Below are positions 1 to 9,790 of a stretch of 64,000 nucleotides of DNA, one piece after another; positions within the stretch are counted from its first letter, which is position 1, and each line of letters starts with the position of its first letter. The stretch comes from Candidatus Acidiferrales bacterium. Lineage in GTDB: Bacteria; Acidobacteriota; Terriglobia; Acidiferrales; UBA7541. Made by a program: the position numbers and the translations under genes. Under the pieces are notes generated by a model. That model was not told where the DNA came from. It searched no databases and worked only from the letters and a program-made list of their open reading frames with translations. The DNA lies in assembly GCA_035622155.1 (NCBI GenBank), contig DASPVW010000036.1, positions 269,890 to 333,889 of the forward strand, written 5' to 3'.

Positions 1-18
1 GGCAAGCCGGTCCCTGCT

Positions 19-981
19 GTGGTTTTGAAAGGCACCGATGTTTATCTCCGAGAAGTATGTCGAGCCAAAATCATTGAAGCGTTTGTGCCGCCAGAAGCGC
101 GCGATTGGGCCGTCGCGCGCCTTTCCGCACGCGAGGCGAGCTGGGAGGACATTCTGGGTCGGGCGCAGACGGTGCCGATGCTGGCGCGACGACAGGTGGT
201 GATTGTCGAGGGCGCCGAATCGGTTGAGAAACTGGGTGAAAAATCGCGCGAGGAGGTTCTGAAGGCCTTGGAAGGGTACTTCGAATCGCCTGCGCCTTTC
301 ACCGTGCTGGTGATTGAGGTGGAGCAACTCGATGGTCGCCAGCGGTTCGCGAAGCTACTGCAAGGGAAAGGTCTCGTGGTCGAGCTGGCGATCGATGCCG
401 AATCGGCTCCACGCCTGGCGGAGCAGATAGCGCAAGACCTGGGCGCTGAGATCGATCGGGAGGCCGCCGTGCTGCTGGCTGAAATTTTGAGCGGGTCGCC
501 CGCGCTGATGCGCATCGAGCTTGCGAAGCTGGCCACCTATGCGCGCGGTCGTCGCATCGGCGCAGCGGACATCGAAGCGCTAGTCGTGGCGACGCGCAAG
601 ACGACGGTCTGGCAACTCGCCGACCTGTTGGCCAGCGGCCGTCGCGGCGACGCGCTGACCCTCCTCGATACTTTATGGCGCAACGGCGAGCAGCCGGCCG
701 GCATCATCGGTGCTTTGGCGTGGGTATATCGCAAGCTGGTCGAAGCTCGCGATCTCCCTTTACATACCGGAGGCTATCAGGCGGCGCGGCAATTGGGCAT
801 GAGACCTGAATCGGCCGAGGTGGCCGTTCGTCAAGCGCACCGGATCGAAAAGGCGGATCTATTAGCGGGCATCGTCGCGCTGGCGGAGGCCGACAGTCGG
901 CTGAAATCGGCCGATCCGAACCCCCGCGCAACGCTCGAATTCTTGATCACGCGGCTCACATCGACCGCCGGTTCGGCCTGA
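19..981 (+). CDS. holA: DNA polymerase III delta subunit (HolA), possibly 5'-truncated by window edge
   Basis: 320-aa ORF whose frame stays open back to nt 1. Size and layout fit HolA. It lies next to rpsT, a common holA neighbourhood. Confidence 0.7.
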   Translation: MVLKGTDVYLREVCRAKIIEAFVPPEARDWAVARLSAREASWEDILGRAQTVPMLARRQVVIVEGAESVEKLGEKSREEVLKALEGYFESPAPFTVLVIEVEQLDGRQRFAKLLQGKGLVVELAIDAESAPRLAEQIAQDLGAEIDREAAVLLAEILSGSPALMRIELAKLATYARGRRIGAADIEALVVATRKTTVWQLADLLASGRRGDALTLLDTLWRNGEQPAGIIGALAWVYRKLVEARDLPLHTGGYQAARQLGMRPESAEVAVRQAHRIEKADLLAGIVALAEADSRLKSADPNPRATLEFLITRLTSTAGSA

Positions 982-1042
982 GCCGGCACCAAGGACCCCG
1001 GGTGGAGTTCAAGCGGGATTGTTTCTTGCCGGTCGCGGAAGT

Positions 1043-1342
1043 CTACTTCTTCGCCCGAAGCGCGTTCATGGCCAGCGCCAGTCGCGATTTGTAGCGGTTG
1101 GCGGTGTTCTCAGAAAGAGTGCGCTTACGGACAGCCTTGTCGATTTCCGAAAATGTTGCCGAAGCCAGTTTCTCCGCGCTGGCGGAATCTGCCGAGCTGA
1201 GAGCCGCACGCATGCGGCGAATCGCGGTACGGACACGCGTTCGGTTCATGCGATTGATCGCCGCGCGCCGCTCCGTATGGCGAATATTCCTCAGAATGGA
1301 TTTCGTCTTCTTCCTGTGTTTTACGGGCGTACCCTGAGCCAT
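1043..1342 (-). CDS. rpsT: 30S ribosomal protein S20
   Basis: 99-aa highly basic protein (MAQGTPVKHRKKTKSILRNIRHTERRAAINR...) typical of S20. AGAAGGAG Shine-Dalgarno lies upstream of the ATG. Confidence 0.95.
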   Translation of the reverse strand: MAQGTPVKHRKKTKSILRNIRHTERRAAINRMNRTRVRTAIRRMRAALSSADSASAEKLASATFSEIDKAVRKRTLSENTANRYKSRLALAMNALRAKK

Positions 1343-1375
1343 TCATCGCTCCTTCTAAGTTATTTCGGATGAACC

Positions 1376-1404
1376 AGAATATCCGAGCTACGAAACTGTG
1401 TCAA
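1376..1404 (-). promoter_or_regulatory. sigma70-like promoter candidate for rpsT
   Basis: Read on the minus strand: TTGACA (1399-1404), a 17-nt spacer, then TATTCT (1376-1381). This sits about 35 nt upstream of the rpsT start and its AGAAGGAG SD. Confidence 0.45.
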
Positions 1405-1568
1405 TTTTGGCCGAAGTGTTCGACGCTCTCGACGACGGTGCCCCCGATTGTGGGGAAGGACGGCGAGGTGATCGCGGGTGTTGCAATGGGACGGCGACCG
1501 TAGGCGCCTTGCAAACAGGGCGCCAGCGGCTTACGCTGATTTGTCCGGAAGGGTCGCGGGGAGGCACA

Positions 1569-2468
1569 GTGGCAGCGAAAACGTCGGGCCCAACAGCAGG
1601 TGTCGATGCCGGCACGGGCTGCCTCTACGTCGTCGCGACGCCGATCGGCAATCTGGAAGATATTTCGATGCGCGCGCTGCGCATTCTCAAGGAAGCGGAC
1701 GTGATCGCTTGCGAGGATACACGGCAGACGCTGAAGCTACTGTCGCACTTTGGCATTTCGAAGCGGCTGGTGAGCTATCATGAACACAATGAAATGACGC
1801 GCGCAGCTGAAATCGTGATTGAGCTGGAGCAAGGCGCCAAGGTCGCGCTGGTCAGCGACGCGGGGACGCCTGCTATTTCCGATCCGGGCCACCGGCTGGT
1901 TAGCCTCTGTTTGCGGCACGGGATCCACGTCATACCCGTGCCGGGCGCGTCGGCATTCGTGGCGGTGCTAGCGGCTTCGGGGATGCCGATCGAGCAGTTC
2001 TCATTCATCGGCTTCCTGCCGCCGCGGCCCACCGAACGCCGCAAGGCCCTCCGCGCTCTCAGCTCTGACACACGAACGCTTGCGCTCTATGAGGCACCGC
2101 ACCGGTTGCTCGATACGCTCGAAGACGCACTGGAAATTCTCGGCAACCGCCCCGCCGTGATTGCGCGGGAAGTGACCAAGGTGCACGAGGAGTTCTTGCG
2201 CGGGCACCTGGAAGATCTGATCGCGGCCGCGAGGGAAAAAGCGCCACGCGGAGAAATCACGCTGCTCGTCGGCCCACCAGACGGACACGAAGCGCATGCT
2301 GCAGATGGCGGGGGCTCTCTTCAAGCGGCGCCGCTTGCCAGGCGTGTTGAGGAAATCATGCACGAGCGCGGAGTCGACCGCAAAACGGCGCTCAAGCAGG
2401 TGGCGCGCGAACGCGGGATCACGCGCCGTGAAGCCTATAAACAACTGCTGATGACCCGCGAGCCGTAG
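1569..2468 (+). CDS. rsmI: 16S rRNA (cytidine1402-2'-O)-methyltransferase RsmI
   Basis: Conserved N-terminus LYVVATPIGNLEDISMRALRILKEADVIACEDTR. The start was re-picked at GTG 1569, preceded by GGGGAGG. The tracked ORF start at 1398 lies inside the rpsT promoter region. Confidence 0.85.
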   Translation: MAAKTSGPTAGVDAGTGCLYVVATPIGNLEDISMRALRILKEADVIACEDTRQTLKLLSHFGISKRLVSYHEHNEMTRAAEIVIELEQGAKVALVSDAGTPAISDPGHRLVSLCLRHGIHVIPVPGASAFVAVLAASGMPIEQFSFIGFLPPRPTERRKALRALSSDTRTLALYEAPHRLLDTLEDALEILGNRPAVIAREVTKVHEEFLRGHLEDLIAAAREKAPRGEITLLVGPPDGHEAHAADGGGSLQAAPLARRVEEIMHERGVDRKTALKQVARERGITRREAYKQLLMTREP

Positions 2469-2476
2469 TATTCAAG

Positions 2477-3460
2477 CTAAGGGATGAGAGCAGCTGGCGA
2501 AAAGAAAGCATCGACGCGATCGAGAATTTCACGGGCCGTGTGCGAATGGTGAACTTGCTGGCGCAGTTCGCCGCCGTTGCGAACGCCGTGCGTAAACAGC
2601 GTCGCGAACTGCTTCATCTTGCCGATCGCATCCGGCATGTCGGTCTCCATCAAGCTGCGGAAGTAGTTCGACAATAAGCTGTAGCGATCGGATTCGGTTG
2701 GCTCCTCGTAGCGGCCAACCGAGAGATGGTCTGCAATCTGGCGGAAGATCCAAGGATTCGAGGAAGCCGCGCGGCCGATCATCACAGCATCGCAGCCCGT
2801 CTCCTCGATCATTCGCACGGCATCTTCGGGTTTGCGAACGTCGCCATTGCCGATCACAGGAATCCGCACGACCCGCTTCACGTCGCGGATGATTTTCCAG
2901 TCGGCACATCCGGCATAACCCTGCATTCGCGTGCGCGGATGAACAGCGATGGCTTCGATTCCAATCTGCTCAGCCATCCGCGCGACATCGACCGCGACAA
3001 GGCTGTGCTCATCCCACCCAGACCGGATCTTGATCGTCAGCGGGATTTCCACGGCGCTGCGAACAGCCCGCAAAAGTTTTTGAAGATGTGGTAGGTCACG
3101 CAGCAGGCCCGAGCCTCCGCATTTGACGACCTTCTTTACGGGGCAACCTAGGTTGATATCGGCTTGATCGAAACCCAAATCTTCGATCAGAGCGGCGGCG
3201 GATGCCATGACGTGCGGATCGGAGCCAAAAATCTGGCCCGCGATGGGATGCTCATCCTCGTCAAAATATAGATATTGCAGCGTGCGCGCGGATTTGCGCG
3301 TCAGGCCCTCGGCGCTGGTGAACTCCGTCATGATCAGGCCGCAGGCGCCGAGCGAGCGAATGACCCGCCGAAAGACGGTATCGGTGAGGCCGGCCATGGG
3401 TGCCAGAACAGTGGCCGGGCGGATCGCGAGGTTACCGATCTTGAGTTCGGCGGGAAACAT
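2477..3460 (-). CDS. dus: tRNA-dihydrouridine synthase (DusB-like)
   Basis: 327 aa with LAPMAGLTDTVFRR, NLGCPVKKV and AVHPRTR motifs typical of the Dus TIM-barrel flavoenzymes. Confidence 0.85.
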   Translation of the reverse strand: MFPAELKIGNLAIRPATVLAPMAGLTDTVFRRVIRSLGACGLIMTEFTSAEGLTRKSARTLQYLYFDEDEHPIAGQIFGSDPHVMASAAALIEDLGFDQADINLGCPVKKVVKCGGSGLLRDLPHLQKLLRAVRSAVEIPLTIKIRSGWDEHSLVAVDVARMAEQIGIEAIAVHPRTRMQGYAGCADWKIIRDVKRVVRIPVIGNGDVRKPEDAVRMIEETGCDAVMIGRAASSNPWIFRQIADHLSVGRYEEPTESDRYSLLSNYFRSLMETDMPDAIGKMKQFATLFTHGVRNGGELRQQVHHSHTAREILDRVDAFFSPAALIP

Positions 3461-3882
3461 TAGTCAAACCCGGCCGCGGGCCGCGTGGCACGGCTCGTTC
3501 GCTGTTCGCCTTCTTGTCGAGAGGTGTTTCGAGCCTCGGCAGCTGCATCGATCGCAACGCTCCCCTCGAGCTGTGCCAGGAGGGCCTCCTTCGAGCCACC
3601 GAAGAAATTCTCAAGGATTTGAGCAAGCGCCTGCGAACGCGCGTCCTCGGCGGCAAGTCTGGCACGGTATACATAGGCGCGGCCGGCCTTGCGGCGTTCG
3701 ACCACTCCTTTGCGTGCCAGGCGATCCATGATGGTCATGATTGTCGTGTACGCACGGGTGCGACGCGGGGTAAGCCGATCGCGGATCTCGCGGACAGTCG
3801 CTTCACCCAAGGGCCAGAGCATGTTCATGCACTCCAACTCGAGCGGGGCCAGATCGAGGAGCGAATGTCGTGGCGATGGCAT
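3460..3882 (-). CDS. BlaI/MecI/CopY-family transcriptional repressor
   Basis: Winged-helix LELECMNMLWPLGEATVREIRDRL...AYTTIMTIMDRLARKGVVERRKAGRAYVY pattern. The start was re-picked at ATG 3882, 18 nt after the stop of the upstream gene. Its TAA stop overlaps the dus ATG by 1 nt. Confidence 0.75.
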   Translation of the reverse strand: MPSPRHSLLDLAPLELECMNMLWPLGEATVREIRDRLTPRRTRAYTTIMTIMDRLARKGVVERRKAGRAYVYRARLAAEDARSQALAQILENFFGGSKEALLAQLEGSVAIDAAAEARNTSRQEGEQRTSRATRPAAGFD

Positions 3883-3899
3883 ACGGTCGCCCACGGGCG

Positions 3900-4937
3900 C
3901 TATTCCCTTCGTGTTCCAGCGGGCGCCGTTGGAATGGCTCCCGCCCCAGGTGATTCCAGAGCTTCGGGATGAGCCAGATAGCGGGTCGTGCGAAGCAAGG
4001 CGCGCCGCAGCGAGGGGTTGCGATCGGTCCAAGTTTCCTGTGAACTGTCGGCGGTAGCTGCGTCGAGCGTCGCCCGCATGCCAGCCATCTTGGAATCCAT
4101 ATCGTCGATGAAATGCAGCATCACCGCTTCGGGAATTTGCGGCAGGGAAGGCGATCCAAATTCATGCGTTCCGTGATGGCTGACAATCAGGTGTTCGACC
4201 AGTACAGCAAGCGGTTCGGGGAATCCCTCTATCGCTCTGCATTTCTCCCGAACGAGGCGAACGCCGATTATGATGTGCCCAAGCAGGCGGCCTTGGTCGG
4301 AATAATCAATGCGCCGGAGATAGCGAAGTTCGTCGAGCTTTCCGATATCGTGCAGGACGACTCCGGTAAGGAGCAGATCGGCGTCGAGTGCGGGGTAGTG
4401 CGCCGAGACGGCGGCCGCCAGACCCACGAGGCTTGCGATATGCTCAAGCAGGCCACCCAGGTACGCGTGGTGGATGGTCATGGCCGCGGGGGCGCGCTTC
4501 AGTCGAGGCACGATCACCGGGTCTTCGATGACCGACCAAAGCAGCTGTTTGAGCCAAGGGTTTTTCATTTCCGCAATGGCGGCCCTCACCGAGGCATACA
4601 GCTGTTCGAGGTCGTGTTTTGTGTGCGGCAGAAAATCGGCTAGATCGTAGTCGCTGTCGGATGTGGGAACAATCTGCTCAAGCGTCAACTCCTTCTGTCC
4701 GTTGTACATCTTCACGCGCCCCCGAACACGCACCACGTCGTCGCACTCGAAAGTCTTCGCCAGTGCTTCGAAGTTGTCCCACATCTTCGCGGGGATGCTG
4801 CCGGAGCGGTCCGTCAGATTGAGCTCGAGCCAAGACTTTCCCGAGCGCACGGAAGTTCGAATTTCCTTCTCACGCACAAGGAACAGAGAACAAACGAGCT
4901 GGCCATCAGCCAGGCCAGCAATGAACTGAGGTTTCAT
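3900..4937 (-). CDS. OB-fold + HD-domain phosphohydrolase, YhaM-like 3'-5' exoribonuclease family
   Basis: N-terminal OB-fold-like region (VCSLFLVREKEIRTSVRSGKSWLELNLTDRSG) followed by HD signatures (HHAYLGGLLEHI, VLHDIGK). Confidence 0.65.
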   Translation of the reverse strand: MKPQFIAGLADGQLVCSLFLVREKEIRTSVRSGKSWLELNLTDRSGSIPAKMWDNFEALAKTFECDDVVRVRGRVKMYNGQKELTLEQIVPTSDSDYDLADFLPHTKHDLEQLYASVRAAIAEMKNPWLKQLLWSVIEDPVIVPRLKRAPAAMTIHHAYLGGLLEHIASLVGLAAAVSAHYPALDADLLLTGVVLHDIGKLDELRYLRRIDYSDQGRLLGHIIIGVRLVREKCRAIEGFPEPLAVLVEHLIVSHHGTHEFGSPSLPQIPEAVMLHFIDDMDSKMAGMRATLDAATADSSQETWTDRNPSLRRALLRTTRYLAHPEALESPGAGAIPTAPAGTRRE

Positions 4938-6055
4938 CAGCTGTTGACTTTCGGGAGAGGTGTTTTCTTCTTGGACTTCTTTTTGTCCGCAGCATCCGGG
5001 GTCGGTGCGACTTCCTGAATGACGGTGGCTCCGGGGACCGCGGCCGTATCCGTATAGCCTGGTTTTACCTGTACGTAGCTTTCTTCGCGCAACTGCGCAA
5101 GATAGGTGCGCAGGGCCGGTTCCATCTTCTGTCGGTAGAGTACGTTCGTGATCTCACCCTCCACTTTATCAAGGGGCTGCAATCCGGCCTGAAAGTGGTC
5201 CTCCACCTTCAAGATCTCGAAACCCGTCTTGGTCTGAATGACATCGGTAAACTGACCTTTCTCGAGGCCAAAAACCGCATCTTCGAGCTGTTTTGCCAGT
5301 TGGCCCCGCTCGAATTCCCCGAGAGCGCCGCCCTCCTGTGCCGTAGAGCCCTGCGAATAGCGCTTGGCCAGGGCGGTGAAATCTTCTCCTTTGACCAGTC
5401 GGTTGTGTAGATCGTCGGCGCGTGTGCGCACCGCGGCGATCTCCTCAGGGCTCTTGTCCTCGGTGCTGAGGAAAATCTCGGCCAGTGCTACCTGTTCAGG
5501 GCGGTTGAAGTCCTGTTTGTGGGCTTCGTAGTACTTCTTCACCTCCTCGCTGCCGATGTCCAGGCGACCGCCGACTTCCCGGCGAATCACCTCCTGTGTC
5601 AGGATGTTGTTGCGCAATTGGTTTTTGTACTCTTCCCAGACCAAGCCCTGCCCCTCGACAGCCTTTTCGAGATCCTCCATCGTGGCGAGGTTATTCTGTT
5701 TGCGCACTTCATCGAGCCGCTTGACCAGTTCGGTCTCCACGTTGATGTCCATGTCCTTGGCTCGCTCAATCAGCAACTGCTGGTCAATCATGTCTCGCAA
5801 AAGGTTCTTGCGACGATCCGTCAATTCGGCGGCAATCTGCTGCTGCGTGCAATTCTGGCAATCCTGCTGGACCTCTTGCTGCAGGCCGGCTCCTGCCTTT
5901 TGATAGTCGGACAAGGTGATGATCTGGTTGTTCACGCGCGCAACGATTTCCTCGACGACGTTGGCTTTCGACTGTGCCCACGACGTCGCAGAAACCAGCA
6001 AAAATAGGGCGGCGAGGCCCAGAGCGGAAATCCCATCCAAGCGCCGTTTTCTCAT
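4937..6055 (-). CDS. SurA-like periplasmic peptidyl-prolyl isomerase/chaperone
   Basis: Signal peptide, a SurA N-terminal-like helical domain, then a parvulin domain (GGALGEFERGQLAKQLEDAVFGLEKGQFTDVIQTKTGFEILKV). Confidence 0.75.
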   Translation of the reverse strand: MRKRRLDGISALGLAALFLLVSATSWAQSKANVVEEIVARVNNQIITLSDYQKAGAGLQQEVQQDCQNCTQQQIAAELTDRRKNLLRDMIDQQLLIERAKDMDINVETELVKRLDEVRKQNNLATMEDLEKAVEGQGLVWEEYKNQLRNNILTQEVIRREVGGRLDIGSEEVKKYYEAHKQDFNRPEQVALAEIFLSTEDKSPEEIAAVRTRADDLHNRLVKGEDFTALAKRYSQGSTAQEGGALGEFERGQLAKQLEDAVFGLEKGQFTDVIQTKTGFEILKVEDHFQAGLQPLDKVEGEITNVLYRQKMEPALRTYLAQLREESYVQVKPGYTDTAAVPGATVIQEVAPTPDAADKKKSKKKTPLPKVNS

Positions 6056-6081
6056 GTAGGTACTCGAGCAGAAGTGTATCG

Positions 6082-9000
6082 CTACGATTGTAGTTGCTTC
6101 AACACGTTTCTCATTGCTTCCAGGGGTCCGCCTTTTCCGCTCTTCCAGGTGAGCCAGAGCACGCCAGCCGGATCCAGGCGCAGGTCTCGGCGCTTTCCAA
6201 TCAGTTTCACTAAGTGATCGGGGCCGAGCGGGGTATCCTCGTGAAATTTGATGGCGATCTGGTCGCCGCGACGGTCTGCCGTGGCCACCGCCAGCCCCTC
6301 GGCCAACGCCTTCAGCACGGCATAATCGAGGAGATGGAAGACAGGAAGCGGCAGAGGGCCGAACCGGTCCTCCAGTTCTCGCCGGACCTCTTCTCGCTCG
6401 CTCTCCGAAGTAACGCTCGCAATGCGCTTGTAGATGCGCAGGCGTAGGTTTTCGTCGTCGATGTATTCGGGCGGAATGCGGAGGTCCTGTCCGAGATTGA
6501 GCGTGGCCCGGCGTTCGGGTGCAATTGCTTCGCCTTTCCGTTCCTTAACGGCTCGCTCCATCATCTGGCAATACATATCGAACCCTACCGCCTCAATGTG
6601 TCCATGCTGCTCGCGTCCGAGCAAATTGCCCGCTCCGCGCAATTCCAGATCGAGCGCCGCGATGCGGAAGCCTGCGCCGAGTTCGCTAAATTCCTTGAGA
6701 GCCGCGAGCCGCTGCCGAGCGATAGGCGTGAGCGCGCCCTCGGGGGGAACCAGCAGGTATGCGTATGCACGCTGATTCGAGCGGCCGACTCGCCCACGGA
6801 GTTGATACAGCTCGGAAAGCCCCATGCGATCGGCGCGATTGATCAGAATTGTGTTCGCGCGAGGGATATCCAGTCCATTCTCAATGATCGTGGTCGAGAC
6901 GAGAACTTCGGCCTGATTGCGCACGAACTTCAGCATGACTTTCTCGAGTTCGCTTTCGCGCATCTGGCCGTGACCAACCACGACACGCGCGCGAGGCACG
7001 AGCCGCTGCACCAGGTTGGCGAGCGACGCAATCGATTCGACGCGGTTGTGTACGAAGAATACCTGCCCATGTCGCAGCAACTCTTCTTCGATGGCCCGTT
7101 GGATCAGCGTCTCCTGAAAGGGAGCCACAGTGGTCTGAATCGCGAGCCGGTCCCGGGGCGGCGTCTCAATCACGCTCATATCGCGAAGCCCCACGAGCGA
7201 CATATGAAGGGTGCGGGGAATGGGGGTCGCGGACATGGTCAGAACGTCGACATTCTTCCGCATTTCTTTCAGGCGCTCTTTGTGAGCCACGCCGAACCGC
7301 TGCTCCTCATCCACAATCAGCAGACCCAGGTCGGAGAACCGTACGTCCTTGGAAAGCAGGCGATGGGTTCCGATGACGATGTCGAGTTTACCCGCTTCGA
7401 GTTCCTCAAGCGTTTTCTCCTGTTCCCTGTCGGTGCGAAACCGACTCAGCATCTCCATGCGCATCGGAAACGCAGCAAAGCGGCGCCGGAACGTCTCCAG
7501 ATGCTGGAACGCAAGCACTGTCGTCGGGGCCAGAACGGCGACCTGTTTTCCGTCGGCGACTGCCTTGAAGGCCGCGCGCATGGCCACCTCCGTCTTGCCG
7601 TAGCCGACGTCGCCGCACAGGAGGCGATCCATCGGCAATGACGACTCCATGTCACGCTTTACGTCGTCAATGGCGCGCTGCTGGTCGGGTGTTTCTTCGA
7701 ACTCGAAGGCGTCCTCGAACTCTCGTTGCCAGTTGGAATCTGCCGAGAAGGCGTGGCCGGGCGCGGTTTTGCGCTCCGCATACAGCGCGAGAAGCTGATC
7801 GGCCATGTCTCTGACCGATTTGCGTACGCGTGACTTACGCGCCTCCCAGAGATTGGCGCCCAACCGATCCAAGGCGGGTTCGGCGCCGCCGAGCGACTGA
7901 TACTTCTGGACGAGATCGAGCCGGGCCAAAGGGACGTACAGCCGTGCATCACCTGCGTAGCGTAGAAGCATGAACTCGCCCTGCGCGCCGTCTACGGCGA
8001 CCTGGCGCAGCCCCTCGAACTGCCCAATACCATGGTCCACATGCACGACAAACTCGCCAGGCTTGAGGTCCGATAAATCGCTGAAGAAGCTCGCAGTCTT
8101 CGGCCGCGAGCGCATCCGCTGGACCGGAAGAAACTCGAACAGATCAGCGTTGCCATACAAGGCGATACGGGCTTCGCCAAAGACGACGCCTTCAGGAAGC
8201 GGCGCCTTCACCAGTCCCATGGCTGGGACGCCGCCGCCGCTGGATTCTTCGGCCAGCCGCGTGACGGTGGCGTCCTTTTCGAGCTCTCCCAGCCGATACG
8301 GAATCTCATACTCGTGGCAGATATCGGCAAGCCGTTCGAGTTCTCCTGTGCTCGCCGCCGAAACCATCACCTGCTCGCCCGCGCCGATCCGCCCGCGCAC
8401 TTCCGCCATGAACGAGCTGATGTTGCCGCGATAGCGCGTCGTAGGCTGTGTCTGAAGGACAAGATGAGTGCTTTCGGTGCCGGCCATTGCCAGATGCTCG
8501 ATCGCCAGGCGTGGGAAGAGTTGAAGCGCGAGGGACCACTCCTCGTCACTTAGAATGTAGCGGGCCGGAGGTTCGGCGAGAGGATCGGCTGTTTTGTCGA
8601 AGGCTTCTTCCAGCTGCGTGCGGTAGGATTCGACCGCCTGAGCAAGTTCGGAGGGCTCGTCGAGCACGACCGCCGGCTCGATTGCGAGGTCAAATACGAT
8701 TCCCGGCCGCTCGGCGGACGCCATCTCACGAAATTCCCATCCGGGGTGGAAACCGACCGCCACATCGTCGGCGCGTCCCGATGATCCCCGCGCCGTCCCG
8801 TTCGCACTATGGAACACCTCAGTCAGAGGCAAGAGCAGGGCACGCTCGACCGGATTCGTTGAACGTTGTGTGGCGGGATCGAACGCACGAATGGATTCGA
8901 TCGTGTCGCCCAGCAGTTCGATGCGGACGGGCTGCAGCGCCTCCGGCGGAAAGGCGTCGATGATGCCACCGCGCACTGCGTATTGCCCTGGCATCTCACA

Positions 9001-9534
9001 GCTAACTTGCTTTTCGTAACCGGCGCGCTCGAGGAAACCTATCAAGTCTTCGTGTGCGATCGATTGGTCACGGGCGACTTCGCGCGCTAGATCGCGGTAG
9101 AACGATGCCTCGCGCATGCGCCAGACCATCGCCTCGACCGGCGCGATCAACAGATCAAGCTCGCCCGTCGCCAAGCGCCACAGTGCAACCGCGCGCGCTT
9201 CCGCGATTTCCCCGTGCGGGGAGCGGTTTTCGTACGGCAACACTTCGTAGGCGGGAAGGTGCGCAACCCGGCTTCCCGGCTTTGCTGTGATTGCGCGATA
9301 GCACCAGCGTACGGCCTCCACGAGCACTTCGGCGCGCTCATTCGAGCTGACAATCAGAATCGTAGGGCGGCCAATCGCGGCGAAAACCGTCGGCACGACC
9401 AGGGCCTTGGCCGGATCGGTGAGTCCCGCGATGTGAATTTCACCGACGTTGCGCCGAAGCCGGTCGTACGCCTCCTCCATGGCTGGAAGCCGCGCAATCT
9501 GCCCAAGCACCTCGGAGACGAAAGGAAGGATCAT
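6082..9534 (-). CDS. mfd: Transcription-repair coupling factor Mfd
   Basis: 1150 aa. Contains a CarD/RID-like domain ([16 protein letters not shown]), superfamily 2 helicase motifs ([18 protein letters not shown]) and a TRG region. Confidence 0.95.
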   Translation of the reverse strand: MILPFVSEVLGQIARLPAMEEAYDRLRRNVGEIHIAGLTDPAKALVVPTVFAAIGRPTILIVSSNERAEVLVEAVRWCYRAITAKPGSRVAHLPAYEVLPYENRSPHGEIAEARAVALWRLATGELDLLIAPVEAMVWRMREASFYRDLAREVARDQSIAHEDLIGFLERAGYEKQVSCEMPGQYAVRGGIIDAFPPEALQPVRIELLGDTIESIRAFDPATQRSTNPVERALLLPLTEVFHSANGTARGSSGRADDVAVGFHPGWEFREMASAERPGIVFDLAIEPAVVLDEPSELAQAVESYRTQLEEAFDKTADPLAEPPARYILSDEEWSLALQLFPRLAIEHLAMAGTESTHLVLQTQPTTRYRGNISSFMAEVRGRIGAGEQVMVSAASTGELERLADICHEYEIPYRLGELEKDATVTRLAEESSGGGVPAMGLVKAPLPEGVVFGEARIALYGNADLFEFLPVQRMRSRPKTASFFSDLSDLKPGEFVVHVDHGIGQFEGLRQVAVDGAQGEFMLLRYAGDARLYVPLARLDLVQKYQSLGGAEPALDRLGANLWEARKSRVRKSVRDMADQLLALYAERKTAPGHAFSADSNWQREFEDAFEFEETPDQQRAIDDVKRDMESSLPMDRLLCGDVGYGKTEVAMRAAFKAVADGKQVAVLAPTTVLAFQHLETFRRRFAAFPMRMEMLSRFRTDREQEKTLEELEAGKLDIVIGTHRLLSKDVRFSDLGLLIVDEEQRFGVAHKERLKEMRKNVDVLTMSATPIPRTLHMSLVGLRDMSVIETPPRDRLAIQTTVAPFQETLIQRAIEEELLRHGQVFFVHNRVESIASLANLVQRLVPRARVVVGHGQMRESELEKVMLKFVRNQAEVLVSTTIIENGLDIPRANTILINRADRMGLSELYQLRGRVGRSNQRAYAYLLVPPEGALTPIARQRLAALKEFSELGAGFRIAALDLELRGAGNLLGREQHGHIEAVGFDMYCQMMERAVKERKGEAIAPERRATLNLGQDLRIPPEYIDDENLRLRIYKRIASVTSESEREEVRRELEDRFGPLPLPVFHLLDYAVLKALAEGLAVATADRRGDQIAIKFHEDTPLGPDHLVKLIGKRRDLRLDPAGVLWLTWKSGKGGPLEAMRNVLKQLQS

Positions 9535-9790
9535 GCGGGCCCTGCCAGAAGACGCTGTTTCAGCAGCGGAATCAGCATGGCAGGGTGGGAAAGCGCCGTC
9601 CTACCGAGCCTGGGGATCGCACCCTTTGGGCACACCCCTCCCTGGGCGTTGTGTTTCCACGTGCCCCGGTAGAAAATCAGCCCAGGTTGCAAAACAAACG
9701 GTCCCAAACTTCTGTCCCTCAGTCGATCCCAGCGGGCTCGACCGAGCAGATGATTTTAGCACGTGCGCCCCGGCAACAGCCGAGGCCATC

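Noticed and set aside
982-1042. A possible bidirectional terminator between the convergent holA and rpsT genes (GCCGGCA...TGCCGGT).
   Set aside because: The stem is imperfect at 6/7 bp, the loop is about 45 nt and there are no flanking T/A runs.
6598-7641. Long ORFs antisense to well-supported genes. Examples: 6598..7641 (opposite mfd), 29979..31151 (opposite aas), 36192..36989 (opposite aroC), 40028..41032 (opposite PASTA/rpe), 48930..49733 (opposite coaX), 53842..54885 (opposite lpxK) and 60784..61809 (opposite F3).
   Set aside because: Their translations are Arg/Gly/Ala/Pro-rich and low in complexity, with no family resemblance. Each lies entirely opposite a gene with strong homology signatures. 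Stop-codon depletion on the antisense strand is expected at about 60% GC.
9449-9790. N-terminal extensions of tracked ORFs: 9449 for the hydrolase, 10906 for the GGR-family gene, 17305..18465 for nadX, 27022 for XRE, 27585 for ispG, 36743 for def, 53905..55176 for lpxK, 56361..58052, 58287..60197 and 59900..60706 for the pch-like genes, and 61976..62647 for the Tat protein.
   Set aside because: The extensions overlap neighbouring genes or are Arg/Gly-rich non-conserved sequence. Internal starts coincide with conserved family N-termini, SD sequences or ATGA/GTGA coupling overlaps.
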